A stretch of DNA of 64,000 nucleotides from Acidimicrobiales bacterium (GTDB lineage: Bacteria; Actinomycetota; Acidimicrobiia; Acidimicrobiales; UBA8190): assembly GCA_030040015.1 (NCBI GenBank), contig JASHUM010000123.1:37887-101886 (forward strand), read 5' to 3'. Under the pieces are notes generated by a model. That model was not told where the DNA came from and did not search any database. It saw only the letters and a list, made by a program, of their open reading frames with translations. Positions 43,779-53,490 of the stretch are shown one piece after another. Numbering within the stretch: position 1 is the first letter of the stretch; the number at the start of each line of letters is the position of its first letter. Made by a program: the position numbers and the translations under genes.

Positions 43779-44441
43779 GTGCCACCCGTGGAACCGGAAC
43801 CCGCCGGCACCGGAGCGCCGGTGCCCCCCGTGATCGACGTCACCCCGGCGGCGCGCGCCGTCGTGCTCGAGGCCCGCGCCGAAGAGGATGGTGCCGAGAG
43901 CCTGGCCCTGTGGGTCGAGGTCAGCGGCGCCCAGGGGGCGACGTTCAGCTACGACATCTACTTCCAGGCGCGCGCCGACGCCTCGGACGGCGACGCCGTC
44001 TCCGACCTCGGCGGTCTGGCCGTGGTGGTGCCCGAGACCAGCGTCACCCACCTGAGCGGGGCGCGGCTCGACTACTCCGAGGAGGGCGAGGGCGGGCTCG
44101 TCATCGTGAACCCCAACACCCCGTCCCGGGCCGAACGGGTGCTCCCCGAAGGAGCCGACCTTTCCAGCGAGCTGGCCCAGCGCATCGTGGCCGTGCTCGA
44201 AGAGCAGGTGAACCCTTCCATCGCCATGCACGGCGGCTACGCCGAGCTCGTGGGGGTGGACGCCGGCACCGCCTACCTGCAGTTGAGCGGAGGGTGTCAG
44301 GGCTGCGGCCTGGCCAAGGTCACCCTGAGCCAGGGCATCGAGGTGGCGCTGCGCGACGCCATTCCCGAGTTGGTGTCGGTCGTCGACGTGACCGACCACG
44401 CCAGCGGGACCAACCCCTACTTCGAAGCAGCCAAGAAGTAG
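43779..44441 (+). CDS. NfuA-type Fe-S cluster carrier (degenerate A-type domain plus Nfu CxxC domain)
   Basis: C-terminal Nfu domain VNPSIAMHGGYAELVGVD...LQLSGGCQGCGLAKVTL. The N-terminal HesB/IscA-like domain lacks the Cys ligands. Confidence 0.8.
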   Translation: MPPVEPEPAGTGAPVPPVIDVTPAARAVVLEARAEEDGAESLALWVEVSGAQGATFSYDIYFQARADASDGDAVSDLGGLAVVVPETSVTHLSGARLDYSEEGEGGLVIVNPNTPSRAERVLPEGADLSSELAQRIVAVLEEQVNPSIAMHGGYAELVGVDAGTAYLQLSGGCQGCGLAKVTLSQGIEVALRDAIPELVSVVDVTDHASGTNPYFEAAKK

Positions 44442-44451
44442 GGTCGCCGCC

Positions 44452-45138
44452 ATGGAGGCGGCGGTCACGGGCGTGTGCGCCGCAGGGGGCCTCGTGCTCG
44501 GTGCCCCACTCGAGTTCGTGGCCGAGCGGGTCGCGGCCCGCACGTCGCTGGCGCCACCGTTGCGCATCGAGCGGGGCCGTCGCGCCCTCGTGCTCGGCGC
44601 GTCGTCGGCTGTCGTGTGCGGCGCCTTCGCCGCCCGCCTGGGCGACGACGTCGTCCTGTCGGCCTACTGCGTGCTGGCCTTGGCGTTGGTGGCGATGTCG
44701 GCCGTCGACCTCGAGCGGTACCTGATCCCCAACCGGATCCTCTATCCGGCCGCCGGGTTGGTCCTGCCCCTCTTCGTGGTGTCCTCGGCGGTCGACCATC
44801 GTTGGGGTTCCCTGGCCAGAGCCGCCATCGCCGCTGGCGCGGCCTTCGCCGCCTTTCTGGTCGTCCACCTGGCCGTGCCCCAGGGCATGGGCTTCGGTGA
44901 CGTCCGCCTGGCCGGGCTGCTCGGGTTCGCCACCGGATGGCTCGGACTCGGGCATGCCTTCGTCGGGTTCTTCGCCGCCTTCGTGCTGGGAGCGGCGCTC
45001 GGCCTCGGGGTCATGGCCGCCGGTCGTGGCGGGCGCAAGACGCGCATCCCCTTCGGCCCCTTCCTGGCTGCCGGGGCGGTGGTGTCGGTGTTGTGGGGAA
45101 GCCCGATCTCGAACGCCCTGTTCCATCGGGGGATGTAG
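44452..45138 (+). CDS. A24-family prepilin (type IV leader) peptidase
   Basis: Polytopic membrane protein with both catalytic Asp motifs (AVDLERYLIPN and GMGFGDVRLAG) and IPFGPFLAAG. No N-terminal methyltransferase or zinc domain. Confidence 0.8.
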   Translation: MEAAVTGVCAAGGLVLGAPLEFVAERVAARTSLAPPLRIERGRRALVLGASSAVVCGAFAARLGDDVVLSAYCVLALALVAMSAVDLERYLIPNRILYPAAGLVLPLFVVSSAVDHRWGSLARAAIAAGAAFAAFLVVHLAVPQGMGFGDVRLAGLLGFATGWLGLGHAFVGFFAAFVLGAALGLGVMAAGRGGRKTRIPFGPFLAAGAVVSVLWGSPISNALFHRGM

Positions 45139-45160
45139 AGGTGGGCGGTAAATTCGCGGC

Positions 45161-46369
45161 ATGCTCCGCTTCCTCACCGCCGGTGAGTCGCACGGCAAGG
45201 CCCTGGTGGTGGTCGTGGAGGGCCTGCCGTCAGGGCTCCCCGTCACCGCCGAGGAGGTAGCCGGCGAGCTGGCGAGACGCCGGCTGGGCTTCGGCCGTGG
45301 ACCGCGGATGCGCTTCGAGGCGGACGAGATCGAGTTGTTGGCCGGCGTCCGCCACGGACGCACCCTGGGCTCGCCGGTGGCGATCGTGATCGCCAACACC
45401 GAATGGCCCAAATGGGAGGAGGAGATGTCGCCTCGTCCCGGGCGCCCGTCGAAGGTGCTCACCGCCCCGCGCCCGGGGCACGCCGATCTTGCCGGGATGC
45501 AGAAGTACGGCTTCGCCGACGCCCGCGACGTGCTCGAGCGGGCCTCGGCGCGCGAGACGGCGGCACGGGTGGCGGCCGGGTCGCTGGCCAAGGCGCTGCT
45601 GTCGCAGCTGGGGATGACGGTGCTGAGCCACGTCGTCGCACTGGGGGGCGAGCACGCTGCCGACGGGAGGCGCCCCGAGCCCGGGCAGCTCGACACCGTC
45701 GACGAGTCGCCGGTGCGCTGCTTCGACCCCGAGGCCGAGACGCGCATGGTGGCCGCCGTCAAGGCGGCCGCCAAAGCCGGGGACTCACTCGGTGGCGTGG
45801 TCGAGGTGCTCGCCTACGGCGTGCCCGTCGGTCTCGGGAGCCACGTGCACTGGGACCGCCGGCTCGACGGTCTCTTGGCCCAGGCGCTCATGAGCGTCCA
45901 GGCGGTGAAGCACGTCGAGATCGGCGAGGGGGCCAGCGTGACCGAGCGACGCGGTTCGGAGGCGCACGACCCCATCTCGTGGGACGCCGAGGCCCAGCGC
46001 TACCGCCGGCGCACCACCCGTGCCGGAGGGATCGAGGGTGGCATCTCGACGGGTGAGCTGGTGGTGGCCAAGGTCGGCATGAAGCCGCTCGCCACGCTGA
46101 ACCGGCCCGTGCTGGGCACGGTGGACGTGGCCACCAAGGAGGAGACGGTGTCGTTCAAGGAACGCACCGACGTCACCGCCGTGCCGGCCATGGGTGTGGT
46201 GGCCGAGACCATGACCGCGCTCGTGCTGGCGTCCGAGGCGCTGCGCAAGTTCGGGGGGGACTCGCTGGCCGAGGTGGTGCGCAACTTCGAGGGAACTCGC
46301 CGGCACCTGGACGAAGCGCCCTCGGCCGTTCCCGGCGAGGCGCCTTCGCCGGCCTCCTCCGGTGGCTGA
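45161..46369 (+). CDS. aroC: Chorismate synthase
   Basis: [15 protein letters not shown]..., [19 protein letters not shown] and GGISTGE motifs. Confidence 0.95.
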   Translation: MLRFLTAGESHGKALVVVVEGLPSGLPVTAEEVAGELARRRLGFGRGPRMRFEADEIELLAGVRHGRTLGSPVAIVIANTEWPKWEEEMSPRPGRPSKVLTAPRPGHADLAGMQKYGFADARDVLERASARETAARVAAGSLAKALLSQLGMTVLSHVVALGGEHAADGRRPEPGQLDTVDESPVRCFDPEAETRMVAAVKAAAKAGDSLGGVVEVLAYGVPVGLGSHVHWDRRLDGLLAQALMSVQAVKHVEIGEGASVTERRGSEAHDPISWDAEAQRYRRRTTRAGGIEGGISTGELVVAKVGMKPLATLNRPVLGTVDVATKEETVSFKERTDVTAVPAMGVVAETMTALVLASEALRKFGGDSLAEVVRNFEGTRRHLDEAPSAVPGEAPSPASSGG

Positions 46370-46898
46370 CCGTCTGGTCCTCGTCGGCATGATGGGGACC
46401 GGCAAGACGACGGTGGGGAACGAGGTGGCGGCCCGTCTCGGGTGGCGCTTCGCCGACGTGGACGAGCTGGTCGAAGAGGGAAGCGGCCGCAGCGTCCCGG
46501 AGCTGTTCGCCTCGGTCGGGGAGGCCGGGTTCCGGGCCCTCGAGGCGCGCTGGCTGGCCGAGTCGCTGGCCGAATCCGGTCCCGCCGTGGTGGCGGTGGG
46601 GGGTGGAGCCGTGCTGGATCCCGGCAACCGCACCCGCATCTGCGGTGCCGGCACGGTGGTGTGGCTGCGGGCCAGGCCCGAGACGTTGCAGCTCCGGGTG
46701 GGCGCCGGCGCCGGCCGCCCGCTGTTGTCCGCCGGTGAGGGCGAGCCGGAGGAGGTCCTTGGCCGGCTGGCCGCGGCGCGCTCCCGGTGGTACGAGGAAG
46801 TGGCCGACGTCGTGGTGGACGTGGACGACCTCTCCGTCGAACAAGTGGCGCAGCGGGTGTGCGCGCTGGCCGGAGCTGCGTGGGAGGGACCCCGCTGA
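46362..46898 (+). CDS. aroK: Shikimate kinase
   Basis: P-loop [18 protein letters not shown] and GGGAV motifs. GTG overlaps the aroC 3' end. Confidence 0.9.
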   Translation: MADRLVLVGMMGTGKTTVGNEVAARLGWRFADVDELVEEGSGRSVPELFASVGEAGFRALEARWLAESLAESGPAVVAVGGGAVLDPGNRTRICGAGTVVWLRARPETLQLRVGAGAGRPLLSAGEGEPEEVLGRLAAARSRWYEEVADVVVDVDDLSVEQVAQRVCALAGAAWEGPR

Positions 46899-47941
46899 TC
46901 ACCGTCCCGGTCGAGCTCGGCCCTCGCTCCTACGACGTGACGATCGGCGCCGGTGCCAGCCGGCTGCTCGCCTCGGTGCTCCCGTCCGGGGTGCGTCAGG
47001 CCGCCGTCGTGACCCAGGCCGCCGTCCTGACGTCCGTCGACGCCGGGGTGCCGAGCGACGTCTTCGTCCTCCCCGACGGCGAGAAGGCCAAGACGCTTTC
47101 CTCGGTGGAGGAGCTGTGCCGGGGCTTCGCCCGGGCCGGGCTGGCCCGGGGCGACGTCGTGGTGGCGGTGGGAGGCGGCGTGGTGACCGACGTCGCCGGA
47201 TTCGCCGCCGCCAGCTACCTGCGGGGGGTGGCGCTCGTCAACGTGCCCACCACGCTGGTGGGACAGGTCGACGCCGCCATCGGGGGCAAGACGGGGGTGA
47301 ACCTCCCCGAGGGCAAGAACCTCCTCGGCGCCTACTGGCAGCCGGGCGCCGTGCTGTGCGACACCGACGCCCTGGCCACGCTTCCCGAGCGCGAGTGGGC
47401 GTCGGGACGCGGGGAGATGGCCAAGTGCGCCTTCCTCGAGCCTCGCCCCGGGGCCGGCGCCCCCCGGGCCGCCTTGGCCGAGATGACGCTCGAGGATCAG
47501 GTGGCGTGGTGCGTCGCCCTGAAGGCGGCGGTGGTGTCCGAGGACGAGCGGGAAGGCGGCCGTCGGATGCTGCTCAATTACGGCCACACCCTCGCTCATG
47601 CGCTGGAGGCGCTGGGCCTGGCCGGCGGTCCGGTCGACCTCCGCCACGGCGAGGCGGTGGGGGTCGGCCTCGTCTTCGCCGCCCGGCTGGCCCGCCGCCT
47701 CGGGCGCATCGACGACGCCCGGGTCGAGGAGCACGTCACCCTCCTCGACGCCTTCGGGCTCCCGCAGGAGATCCCCGGCGGGGTGCGCTCCGGCGAGGTG
47801 CTCGAGTACATGGCCCGCGACAAGAAAGCGCGCCACGACCTCACCTTCGTCCTCGACGGGCCCCGAGGCGTCGAGCCCGTGCACGGAGTGGGGGAAGGGG
47901 ACGTGGTGGCTACCCTGAGCGCCATGGGAGCCCTGTCGTGA
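46880..47941 (+). CDS. aroB: 3-dehydroquinate synthase
   Basis: GEKAKT, GGGVVTDVAGFAAASYLRGV, NYGHTLAHALE and HGEAV metal/NAD motifs. Start is GTG 46880 or CTG 46895. Confidence 0.9.
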   Translation: MGGTPLITVPVELGPRSYDVTIGAGASRLLASVLPSGVRQAAVVTQAAVLTSVDAGVPSDVFVLPDGEKAKTLSSVEELCRGFARAGLARGDVVVAVGGGVVTDVAGFAAASYLRGVALVNVPTTLVGQVDAAIGGKTGVNLPEGKNLLGAYWQPGAVLCDTDALATLPEREWASGRGEMAKCAFLEPRPGAGAPRAALAEMTLEDQVAWCVALKAAVVSEDEREGGRRMLLNYGHTLAHALEALGLAGGPVDLRHGEAVGVGLVFAARLARRLGRIDDARVEEHVTLLDAFGLPQEIPGGVRSGEVLEYMARDKKARHDLTFVLDGPRGVEPVHGVGEGDVVATLSAMGALS

Positions 47942-48396
47942 CCGGGCCGGGGCCGCTCGTGCTGCTCCTCTCCGGGCCCAACCTGGACCTGCTCGGCGAG
48001 CGCCAACCCGAGGTGTACGGAAAGCGGACCCTCGACGAGCTGGCCCAGGACGCCGCCGAGGAGGCGAGCGGGCTCGGCCTGTCCCTGGAGCACCACCAGA
48101 CCAATCACGAGGGTGAGCTGGTCGAGCTGGTGCACGGTGCCCGGGGACGGGCGCAGGCCATCGTCGTGAACGCCGGCGCCCTGAGCCATTACTCCTGGAC
48201 CCTGCACGACGCGCTGGCCGCGTTCGAGGGTGTGGTGGTGGAACTGCATCTCACCAACCCCGCCGCTCGTGAGCCCTGGCGCCACACGTCGGTGGTGGCT
48301 CCGGTCGCCGACGGTGTGGTGGCCGGCTTCGGTCCCCTCGGGTACCGGCTGGCGGTGGTGGCGGTGGCTCGGCTCCTGGCGGACACCGGGCGATGA
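47938..48396 (+). CDS. aroQ: Type II 3-dehydroquinate dehydratase
   Basis: LSGPNLDLLGERQPEVYG, HQTNHEGELV, NAGALSHYS and HLTNPAAREPWRH motifs. GTG overlaps the aroB stop (GTGA). Confidence 0.92.
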   Translation: MTGPGPLVLLLSGPNLDLLGERQPEVYGKRTLDELAQDAAEEASGLGLSLEHHQTNHEGELVELVHGARGRAQAIVVNAGALSHYSWTLHDALAAFEGVVVELHLTNPAAREPWRHTSVVAPVADGVVAGFGPLGYRLAVVAVARLLADTGR

Positions 48397-49517
48397 CCGT
48401 GCTGGCCACCCGCCCCGACGAGGCGATGTCGGTGGCCGGCCGCCTGGACGAGCTGCGGCCACTGCTTCCCGGTGCCGGCGTGGACGCCCTGTGGGTGAGC
48501 GAGCGGGCCAACGTCCGGTACCTGACGGGCTTCTCGGGATCGGCGGGCTCGCTGCTCGTCACGTCCGCCGGCGCCCTTCTCGTCACCGACGGCCGGTACC
48601 GCACGCAGGCCGCCGAGGAGCTGGATCGGTCCGGCGCCAGCGACGTCGAGGTGTCCGTGGGCGGTGGCGCCGAGCAGCGCCAGGCACTGGAGCGCGCCGT
48701 GGGCGCCAGCGAGCTGTCGCGACTCGGCCTCGAGGCCGAGAGCGTGAGCTGGGCGGCGATGCGGCGCATGGAGGCGACGCTCGACGGTGTCGAGCTGGTT
48801 GCGACCTCGGGTCTGGTGGAAGGACTTCGCCAGGTGAAGGACGACCAGGAGTTGGAGCGGATGGCGTACGCCGCCGCCCTGGCCGACGCCGCCCTGGCCG
48901 AGGTGCGTCCCCTGGTGCGCCAGGGGAGCAGCGAACGGGAGGTGTCGTTCGCACTCGACACCGCCATGCGCCGCCTGGGAGCGGAGGACCGAGCCTTCGA
49001 GACGATCGTGGCGTCGGGGCCGAACGCGGCGAAGCCTCACGCCCGTCCCACCGACCGCCTGTTCCAGGCCGGCGACGCCGTGATCGTCGACTTCGGTGCC
49101 CTCTTCGACGGGTACCGCTCGGACATGACCCGCACGTTCTTCGTGGGCGAGGTCCCCTCCGGCGTCATGGGGCGCGTCCTCGAAGTGGTGTCTCGGGCCC
49201 AGGCGGCCGGGGTCGGCGCCGTGCGGGCCGGCGTGGCGGCGGGAGAGGTGGACAGGGTGTGTCGGGAGTCGATCACCGAAGCCGGGTTCGGCGAGATGTT
49301 CGAGCACGGGACGGGGCACGGAGTGGGGCTCGACGTCCACGAGGCCCCGGCGGTCGGCCGCTCGTCCACTGCTATCCTCGGCGCCGGCGCGGTGATCACC
49401 GTCGAGCCCGGGGTGTACCTGGCCGGTGTGGGCGGCGTACGCGTCGAGGACACCGTGGTGGTGACCGACGGCGGCTGCCGGCCGCTCACCTGCTTCCCCA
49501 AGGACCCCGTGGCCTGA
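48393..49517 (+). CDS. M24-family Xaa-Pro aminopeptidase/dipeptidase
   Basis: Pita-bread fold metal ligands: DFGALFDGYRSDMTRT, HGTGHGVGLDVHE, and EPGVY...GGVRVED. Confidence 0.85.
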   Translation: MTVLATRPDEAMSVAGRLDELRPLLPGAGVDALWVSERANVRYLTGFSGSAGSLLVTSAGALLVTDGRYRTQAAEELDRSGASDVEVSVGGGAEQRQALERAVGASELSRLGLEAESVSWAAMRRMEATLDGVELVATSGLVEGLRQVKDDQELERMAYAAALADAALAEVRPLVRQGSSEREVSFALDTAMRRLGAEDRAFETIVASGPNAAKPHARPTDRLFQAGDAVIVDFGALFDGYRSDMTRTFFVGEVPSGVMGRVLEVVSRAQAAGVGAVRAGVAAGEVDRVCRESITEAGFGEMFEHGTGHGVGLDVHEAPAVGRSSTAILGAGAVITVEPGVYLAGVGGVRVEDTVVVTDGGCRPLTCFPKDPVA

Positions 49518-50077
49518 TGGCAGTCACCACCAACGACTTGAGAAACGGGATGACCCTCGACCTCCCCGAAGGGCTCTTCGGTGTGGTCGAGTTCCAACAC
49601 GTGAAGCCGGGCAAGGGCGGGGCGTTCGTGCGCACCAAGCTCAAGAACGTCCGCACCGGGGCGGTGATCGAGCGCACCTTCCGTGCCGACGAGCGTGTCG
49701 AACAGGCCATCGTCGAGAAGCGCGACATGCAGTACCTGTACCGTGACGGAGCGGACTACGTGTTCATGGACACGGTGTCCTACGACCAGATCCACGTGAG
49801 CCCCGCCGCGCTCGGCGACGCCGCCCACTACCTGAAGGAGGGCGACTCGGCCGTGCTCCAGCTCTACGGCCAGGAGATCGTGGGCGTCGACCTCCCCGCC
49901 GCCGTCGAGCTGATCGTTGCCCAGACCGAGCCCGGCATCCAAGGCGACAGGGTCTCGGGTGCCCGCAAGCCGGCCACCTTGGAGACCGGGCTCGTCATCC
50001 AGGTCCCGCTCTTCGTGAATCCCGGTGACCGGGTGAAGGTCGACACCCGGTCCGCCGAGTACCTCACCCGGGCCTGA
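49517..50077 (+). CDS. efp: Translation elongation factor P
   Basis: MAVTTNDLRNGMTL...HVKPGKGGAFVRTKLKN...; 186 aa. ATG shares one nt with the upstream stop (TGATG). Confidence 0.95.
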   Translation: MAVTTNDLRNGMTLDLPEGLFGVVEFQHVKPGKGGAFVRTKLKNVRTGAVIERTFRADERVEQAIVEKRDMQYLYRDGADYVFMDTVSYDQIHVSPAALGDAAHYLKEGDSAVLQLYGQEIVGVDLPAAVELIVAQTEPGIQGDRVSGARKPATLETGLVIQVPLFVNPGDRVKVDTRSAEYLTRA

Positions 50078-50181
50078 GCCGGGCGACAGGCAGCCGGGCG
50101 GCGAGCGCGCTGTCGGGAACCTCGCCCGCCGGCCCCCGTCCCGGCCCGCGTCACCAGGCCCGAGAGCGGGCACTGGGCCTG

Positions 50182-50532
50182 TTGTACGAGGCGGAGATGA
50201 AGCAGGTCCCGCTGCCCGAGGTGCTCGACGGCCTTCCTGCCGAGCCCGACCCCTACGCCGTGACCCTGGTGTCGGGGGTGTGCCGGCACCTGGAGCAGAT
50301 CGACGCCCTGGTGTCCGGGGCGGCACGGGGTTGGGAGCTCGACCGCATGCCGGCCGTGGACCGCGCCGTTCTCCGCCTGGCCGTCTACGAACTGCTCGAG
50401 GAGCCGGCCGTCCCCACCGCCGTCGTCCTCGACGAGGCGGTGGCGCTCGCCGCCCAGTACTCGACCGAGGACTCCGGCCGGTTCGTGAACGGGGTGCTCG
50501 CCACGGTGGCCGCCGCCGTTCGGCTACCATGA
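50182..50532 (+). CDS. nusB: Transcription antitermination factor NusB (minimal coordinates; N-terminus probably extends upstream to a non-canonical start)
   Basis: DRMPAVDRAVLRLAVYELL, DEAVALAAQYSTEDSGRFVNGVL. The conserved N-terminal helix RHQARERALGLLYEAE begins upstream of the first TTG/ATG/GTG (50182). In-frame CTGs occur at 50110 and 50074. Confidence 0.85.
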   Translation: MYEAEMKQVPLPEVLDGLPAEPDPYAVTLVSGVCRHLEQIDALVSGAARGWELDRMPAVDRAVLRLAVYELLEEPAVPTAVVLDEAVALAAQYSTEDSGRFVNGVLATVAAAVRLP

Positions 50533-50548
50533 CCCCTCGACCGTGAAG

Positions 50549-50566
50549 CGGGTCCCGAGAGGCCCG
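50549..50566 (+). promoter_or_regulatory. PyrR-binding-loop-like RNA hairpin in the pyrR leader
   Basis: CGGG-UCCCGAGAGG-CCCG. The loop/upper stem GUCCCGAGAGGCC resembles the PyrR binding-loop consensus (..UCCAGAGAGGC..). It lies 10 nt upstream of the pyrR SD GAGGAG (50576-50581). Confidence 0.55.
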
Positions 50567-50586
50567 AACGGACGTAGAGGAGCCGC

Positions 50587-51156
50587 GTGGCCGAGCGCGA
50601 ACGCAGACTGACCCCACCGCGAGGTGGGGTTTTCGTTCCCAGGGTCCAGGTCCTCTCCGCCGAGGACGTCCAGCGCGCCCTGGTGCGCATCGCGCATGAG
50701 ATCGTGGAGCGCAACCGGGGGTTGGAGGACCTCGTCCTCATCGGGCTCCAGACCGGCGGGGTGCCGCTGGCCCAGCGCATGGGGCGCTCGCTGGAGGAGA
50801 TCGAGGGCACCACCGTGCCCGTCGGAATGCTCGACGTCGCCTTCTACCGCGACGACATCGGCATCCGGCCCGTGCTCCCCGAAGCGGTCACCGACATCCC
50901 CGGGGACTTGGCCGGCGCCCTCGTGGTACTCGTCGACGACGTCCTCTTCACCGGGCGCACCGTGCGCGCCGCCCTCAACGCCCTGGCCGACTACGGACGA
51001 GCCCGGGCCGTGCAGCTGGCGGTGATGGTCGACCGGGGACATCGGGAGCTGCCCATCCGGCCCGACTACGTCGGCAAGAACATGCCCACACGCATCGACG
51101 AGCAGGTCGACGTCAGCCTCGACGGCGTGGTGCTCGGGGACGTGGTGCCCCGGTGA
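50587..51156 (+). CDS. pyrR: Bifunctional pyr operon regulator / uracil phosphoribosyltransferase PyrR
   Basis: IAHEIVERN...[12 protein letters not shown]...[18 protein letters not shown] (PRPP-binding motif). Confidence 0.92.
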   Translation: MAERERRLTPPRGGVFVPRVQVLSAEDVQRALVRIAHEIVERNRGLEDLVLIGLQTGGVPLAQRMGRSLEEIEGTTVPVGMLDVAFYRDDIGIRPVLPEAVTDIPGDLAGALVVLVDDVLFTGRTVRAALNALADYGRARAVQLAVMVDRGHRELPIRPDYVGKNMPTRIDEQVDVSLDGVVLGDVVPR

Positions 51157-51175
51157 TCGCGCTCGGGGGCGACCG

Positions 51176-52189
51176 GTGAGCGGCGCGCCGGCGGACGGCG
51201 GCCGCCACCTGCTGTCGGTGTCGGACCTGGGCTCCGAGGGCATCGAGGAGGTGCTGCGGGTCGCCGACGCCTTCGTCGAGGTGGCGCGCCGGCCCATCCC
51301 CAAGGTCCCTGCCCTCCGGGGCCGGACGGTGGTGACGCTGTTCGCCGAGGAGTCGACCCGGACCCGGCTCTCCTTCGAGACCGCGGCGCGGCGCCTGTCG
51401 GCCGACGTCATGAGTTTCTCCATGGCCGGCTCGTCGGCGAAGAAGGGCGAGTCACTGCGCGACACGGTCGAGACGGTGACCGCCATGGGCGTCGACGCCC
51501 TGGTGGTCCGACACCCGTGCGCAGGCGCTGCCCACCAAGTCGCCCGCTGGGTCGACGCCGCCGTGGTGAACGCCGGCGACGGCTGGCACGAGCACCCGAC
51601 CCAGGCGCTGCTCGACTGCTACACCATCCGCCAGGTGCTCGCCGAGCGCGCCGGGCGCGACCCCGCCTCGGTCGGAATGGAGTGCTTCGACGGCCTGCGC
51701 GTGGCCATCGTGGGCGACATCCGCCACAGCAGGGTTGCCCGCTCAGGCATCTGGGCCCTGGCCGCACTCGGGGCCAGGGTCACGCTGGTCGCGCCGGGTT
51801 CGCTGCTCCCCACGTCGCTCCAGGGCTGGCCGGTCGAGCGCACCGCCTCCGACCTCGACACCGTGCTCCCCGAGGTCGACGTCTGTTATCTCTTGCGCCT
51901 CCAGCTCGAGCGAGGGGTCGGTGCCCACCTGCCTTCGCTGCGGGAGTACACCGCCGGCTACGGCCTGACGGCGCGGCGCGCCGGCTTGCTGGCCGAGGAC
52001 GCGCTGGTCATGCACCCCGGGCCGATGAACCGGGGCGTCGAGATCGCCGACGAGGTGGCCGACCTTCCTCGATCGGTGGTCCTGCGCCAAGTGGCGAACG
52101 GCGTGGCCGTGCGCATGGCGGTCCTCTTCCTGCTCCTGGGGGCCGGCGTGGGCGCCGACGTCGGCGCCTTGGTGGGGGAGGGCGAGTGA
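51176..52189 (+). CDS. pyrB: Aspartate carbamoyltransferase catalytic subunit
   Basis: [30 protein letters not shown] and HPGPMNRG motifs. Confidence 0.93.
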   Translation: MSGAPADGGRHLLSVSDLGSEGIEEVLRVADAFVEVARRPIPKVPALRGRTVVTLFAEESTRTRLSFETAARRLSADVMSFSMAGSSAKKGESLRDTVETVTAMGVDALVVRHPCAGAAHQVARWVDAAVVNAGDGWHEHPTQALLDCYTIRQVLAERAGRDPASVGMECFDGLRVAIVGDIRHSRVARSGIWALAALGARVTLVAPGSLLPTSLQGWPVERTASDLDTVLPEVDVCYLLRLQLERGVGAHLPSLREYTAGYGLTARRAGLLAEDALVMHPGPMNRGVEIADEVADLPRSVVLRQVANGVAVRMAVLFLLLGAGVGADVGALVGEGE

Positions 52190-53490
52190 CCGACGCCGCC
52201 TCCACGGTCCTTCTCCGCGGGGGCACCGTCGTCGACGAGCACGGGGAGCGCCGCGCCGACGTCCTCGTGCACGGGACGGCCATCGCCGACGTCGGCTCCG
52301 GGCTCGACGCGCCGGCGGGTTCGAGGGTGCTCGACGCCGGAGGGTGCCTGGTGGCCCCGGGGCTGGTCGACCTTCACGCCCATCTCCGTCAGCCCGGCGC
52401 CGAGGAGGCCGAGACCGTCGAGACCGGGTCGCGCGCCGCCGCCCGGGGTGGGTACACGGCCGTGCTCGCCATGCCCAACACCGACCCGCCGGTGGACAGC
52501 GCCGCGGTCGCCTCGGAGGTCCTGGCCCTCGGGCGTGGCGCCCTGTGCCGGGTGGCGGTGGCGGGGGCCATCACCGTGGGCCGTGCCGGGGAGCACCTGG
52601 CGCCCATGGCCGAGCTCTCGGCGCTGGGGGTGCGGCTCTTCACCGACGACGGAGCCGGCGTCCAGGACCCGGAGGTGATGCGCCGGGCTTTCGAGTACGC
52701 CCGGGGGCTCGGGGTCACGCTGGCCCAGCATTGCGAGGTGTCGGACCTCTCGGCTGGCGGGGCCATGCACGAGGGGGCGTGGTCGAGCCGGCTGGGAGTG
52801 CCCGGCGTGCCGGCCGAGGCTGAGGAGCTCATGGTGGCACGCGACATCGCCCTGGCCCGCATGACGGGAGGGCGGGCGCACTTCCTCCACCTGTCGACGG
52901 CGCGCTCGCTCGACATGGTGGCGGCGGCCAAGAGCGAGGGCCTGGCGGTCACCGCCGAGGTGACCCCGCACCACCTGAGCCTGACCGACGCCGAGCTCGC
53001 CGGCTACGACCCGTTGTACAAGGTGAGTCCTCCGCTGCGCTCGCCCGAGGACGTGTCCGCGCTGCGACAGGGCTGTGTCACCGGAGTCGTCGACGCCATC
53101 GCCACCGACCACGCCCCCCATCCACCCGAGGCGAAGGAGACCACCCTGCAGGAGGCGGCTCCGGGGATGCTCGGCCTGGAGACGTCGCTGGCGGTGTCGC
53201 TCGGCGCCCTGACCGACGGCACGGGCATGGCGCTCGTGGACGTGGTGGGCCTGCTGTCGTGGAGACCGGCCCGGGTGGCCGGCCTCCACGACCAGGGCGG
53301 CCCGCTGGCGGCGGGCGCGGCAGCCAACATCTGCGTGATCGATCCCGGTGAGCGCTGGGAGGTCACCCCCGCCCGCCTGGCCAGCCGCAGCCGGAACACG
53401 CCGTGGGCGGGAAAGACCTTGACCGGCAAGGTCCGCCACACGCTCTTCCGGGGTGAGGCCGTGGTCGTCGACGGGGAGGCGCAGCGGTGA
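52186..53490 (+). CDS. pyrC: Dihydroorotase
   Basis: [15 protein letters not shown] metal-binding motif, and ATDHAPH. GTG overlaps the pyrB stop (GTGA). Confidence 0.9.
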   Translation: MTDAASTVLLRGGTVVDEHGERRADVLVHGTAIADVGSGLDAPAGSRVLDAGGCLVAPGLVDLHAHLRQPGAEEAETVETGSRAAARGGYTAVLAMPNTDPPVDSAAVASEVLALGRGALCRVAVAGAITVGRAGEHLAPMAELSALGVRLFTDDGAGVQDPEVMRRAFEYARGLGVTLAQHCEVSDLSAGGAMHEGAWSSRLGVPGVPAEAEELMVARDIALARMTGGRAHFLHLSTARSLDMVAAAKSEGLAVTAEVTPHHLSLTDAELAGYDPLYKVSPPLRSPEDVSALRQGCVTGVVDAIATDHAPHPPEAKETTLQEAAPGMLGLETSLAVSLGALTDGTGMALVDVVGLLSWRPARVAGLHDQGGPLAAGAAANICVIDPGERWEVTPARLASRSRNTPWAGKTLTGKVRHTLFRGEAVVVDGEAQR

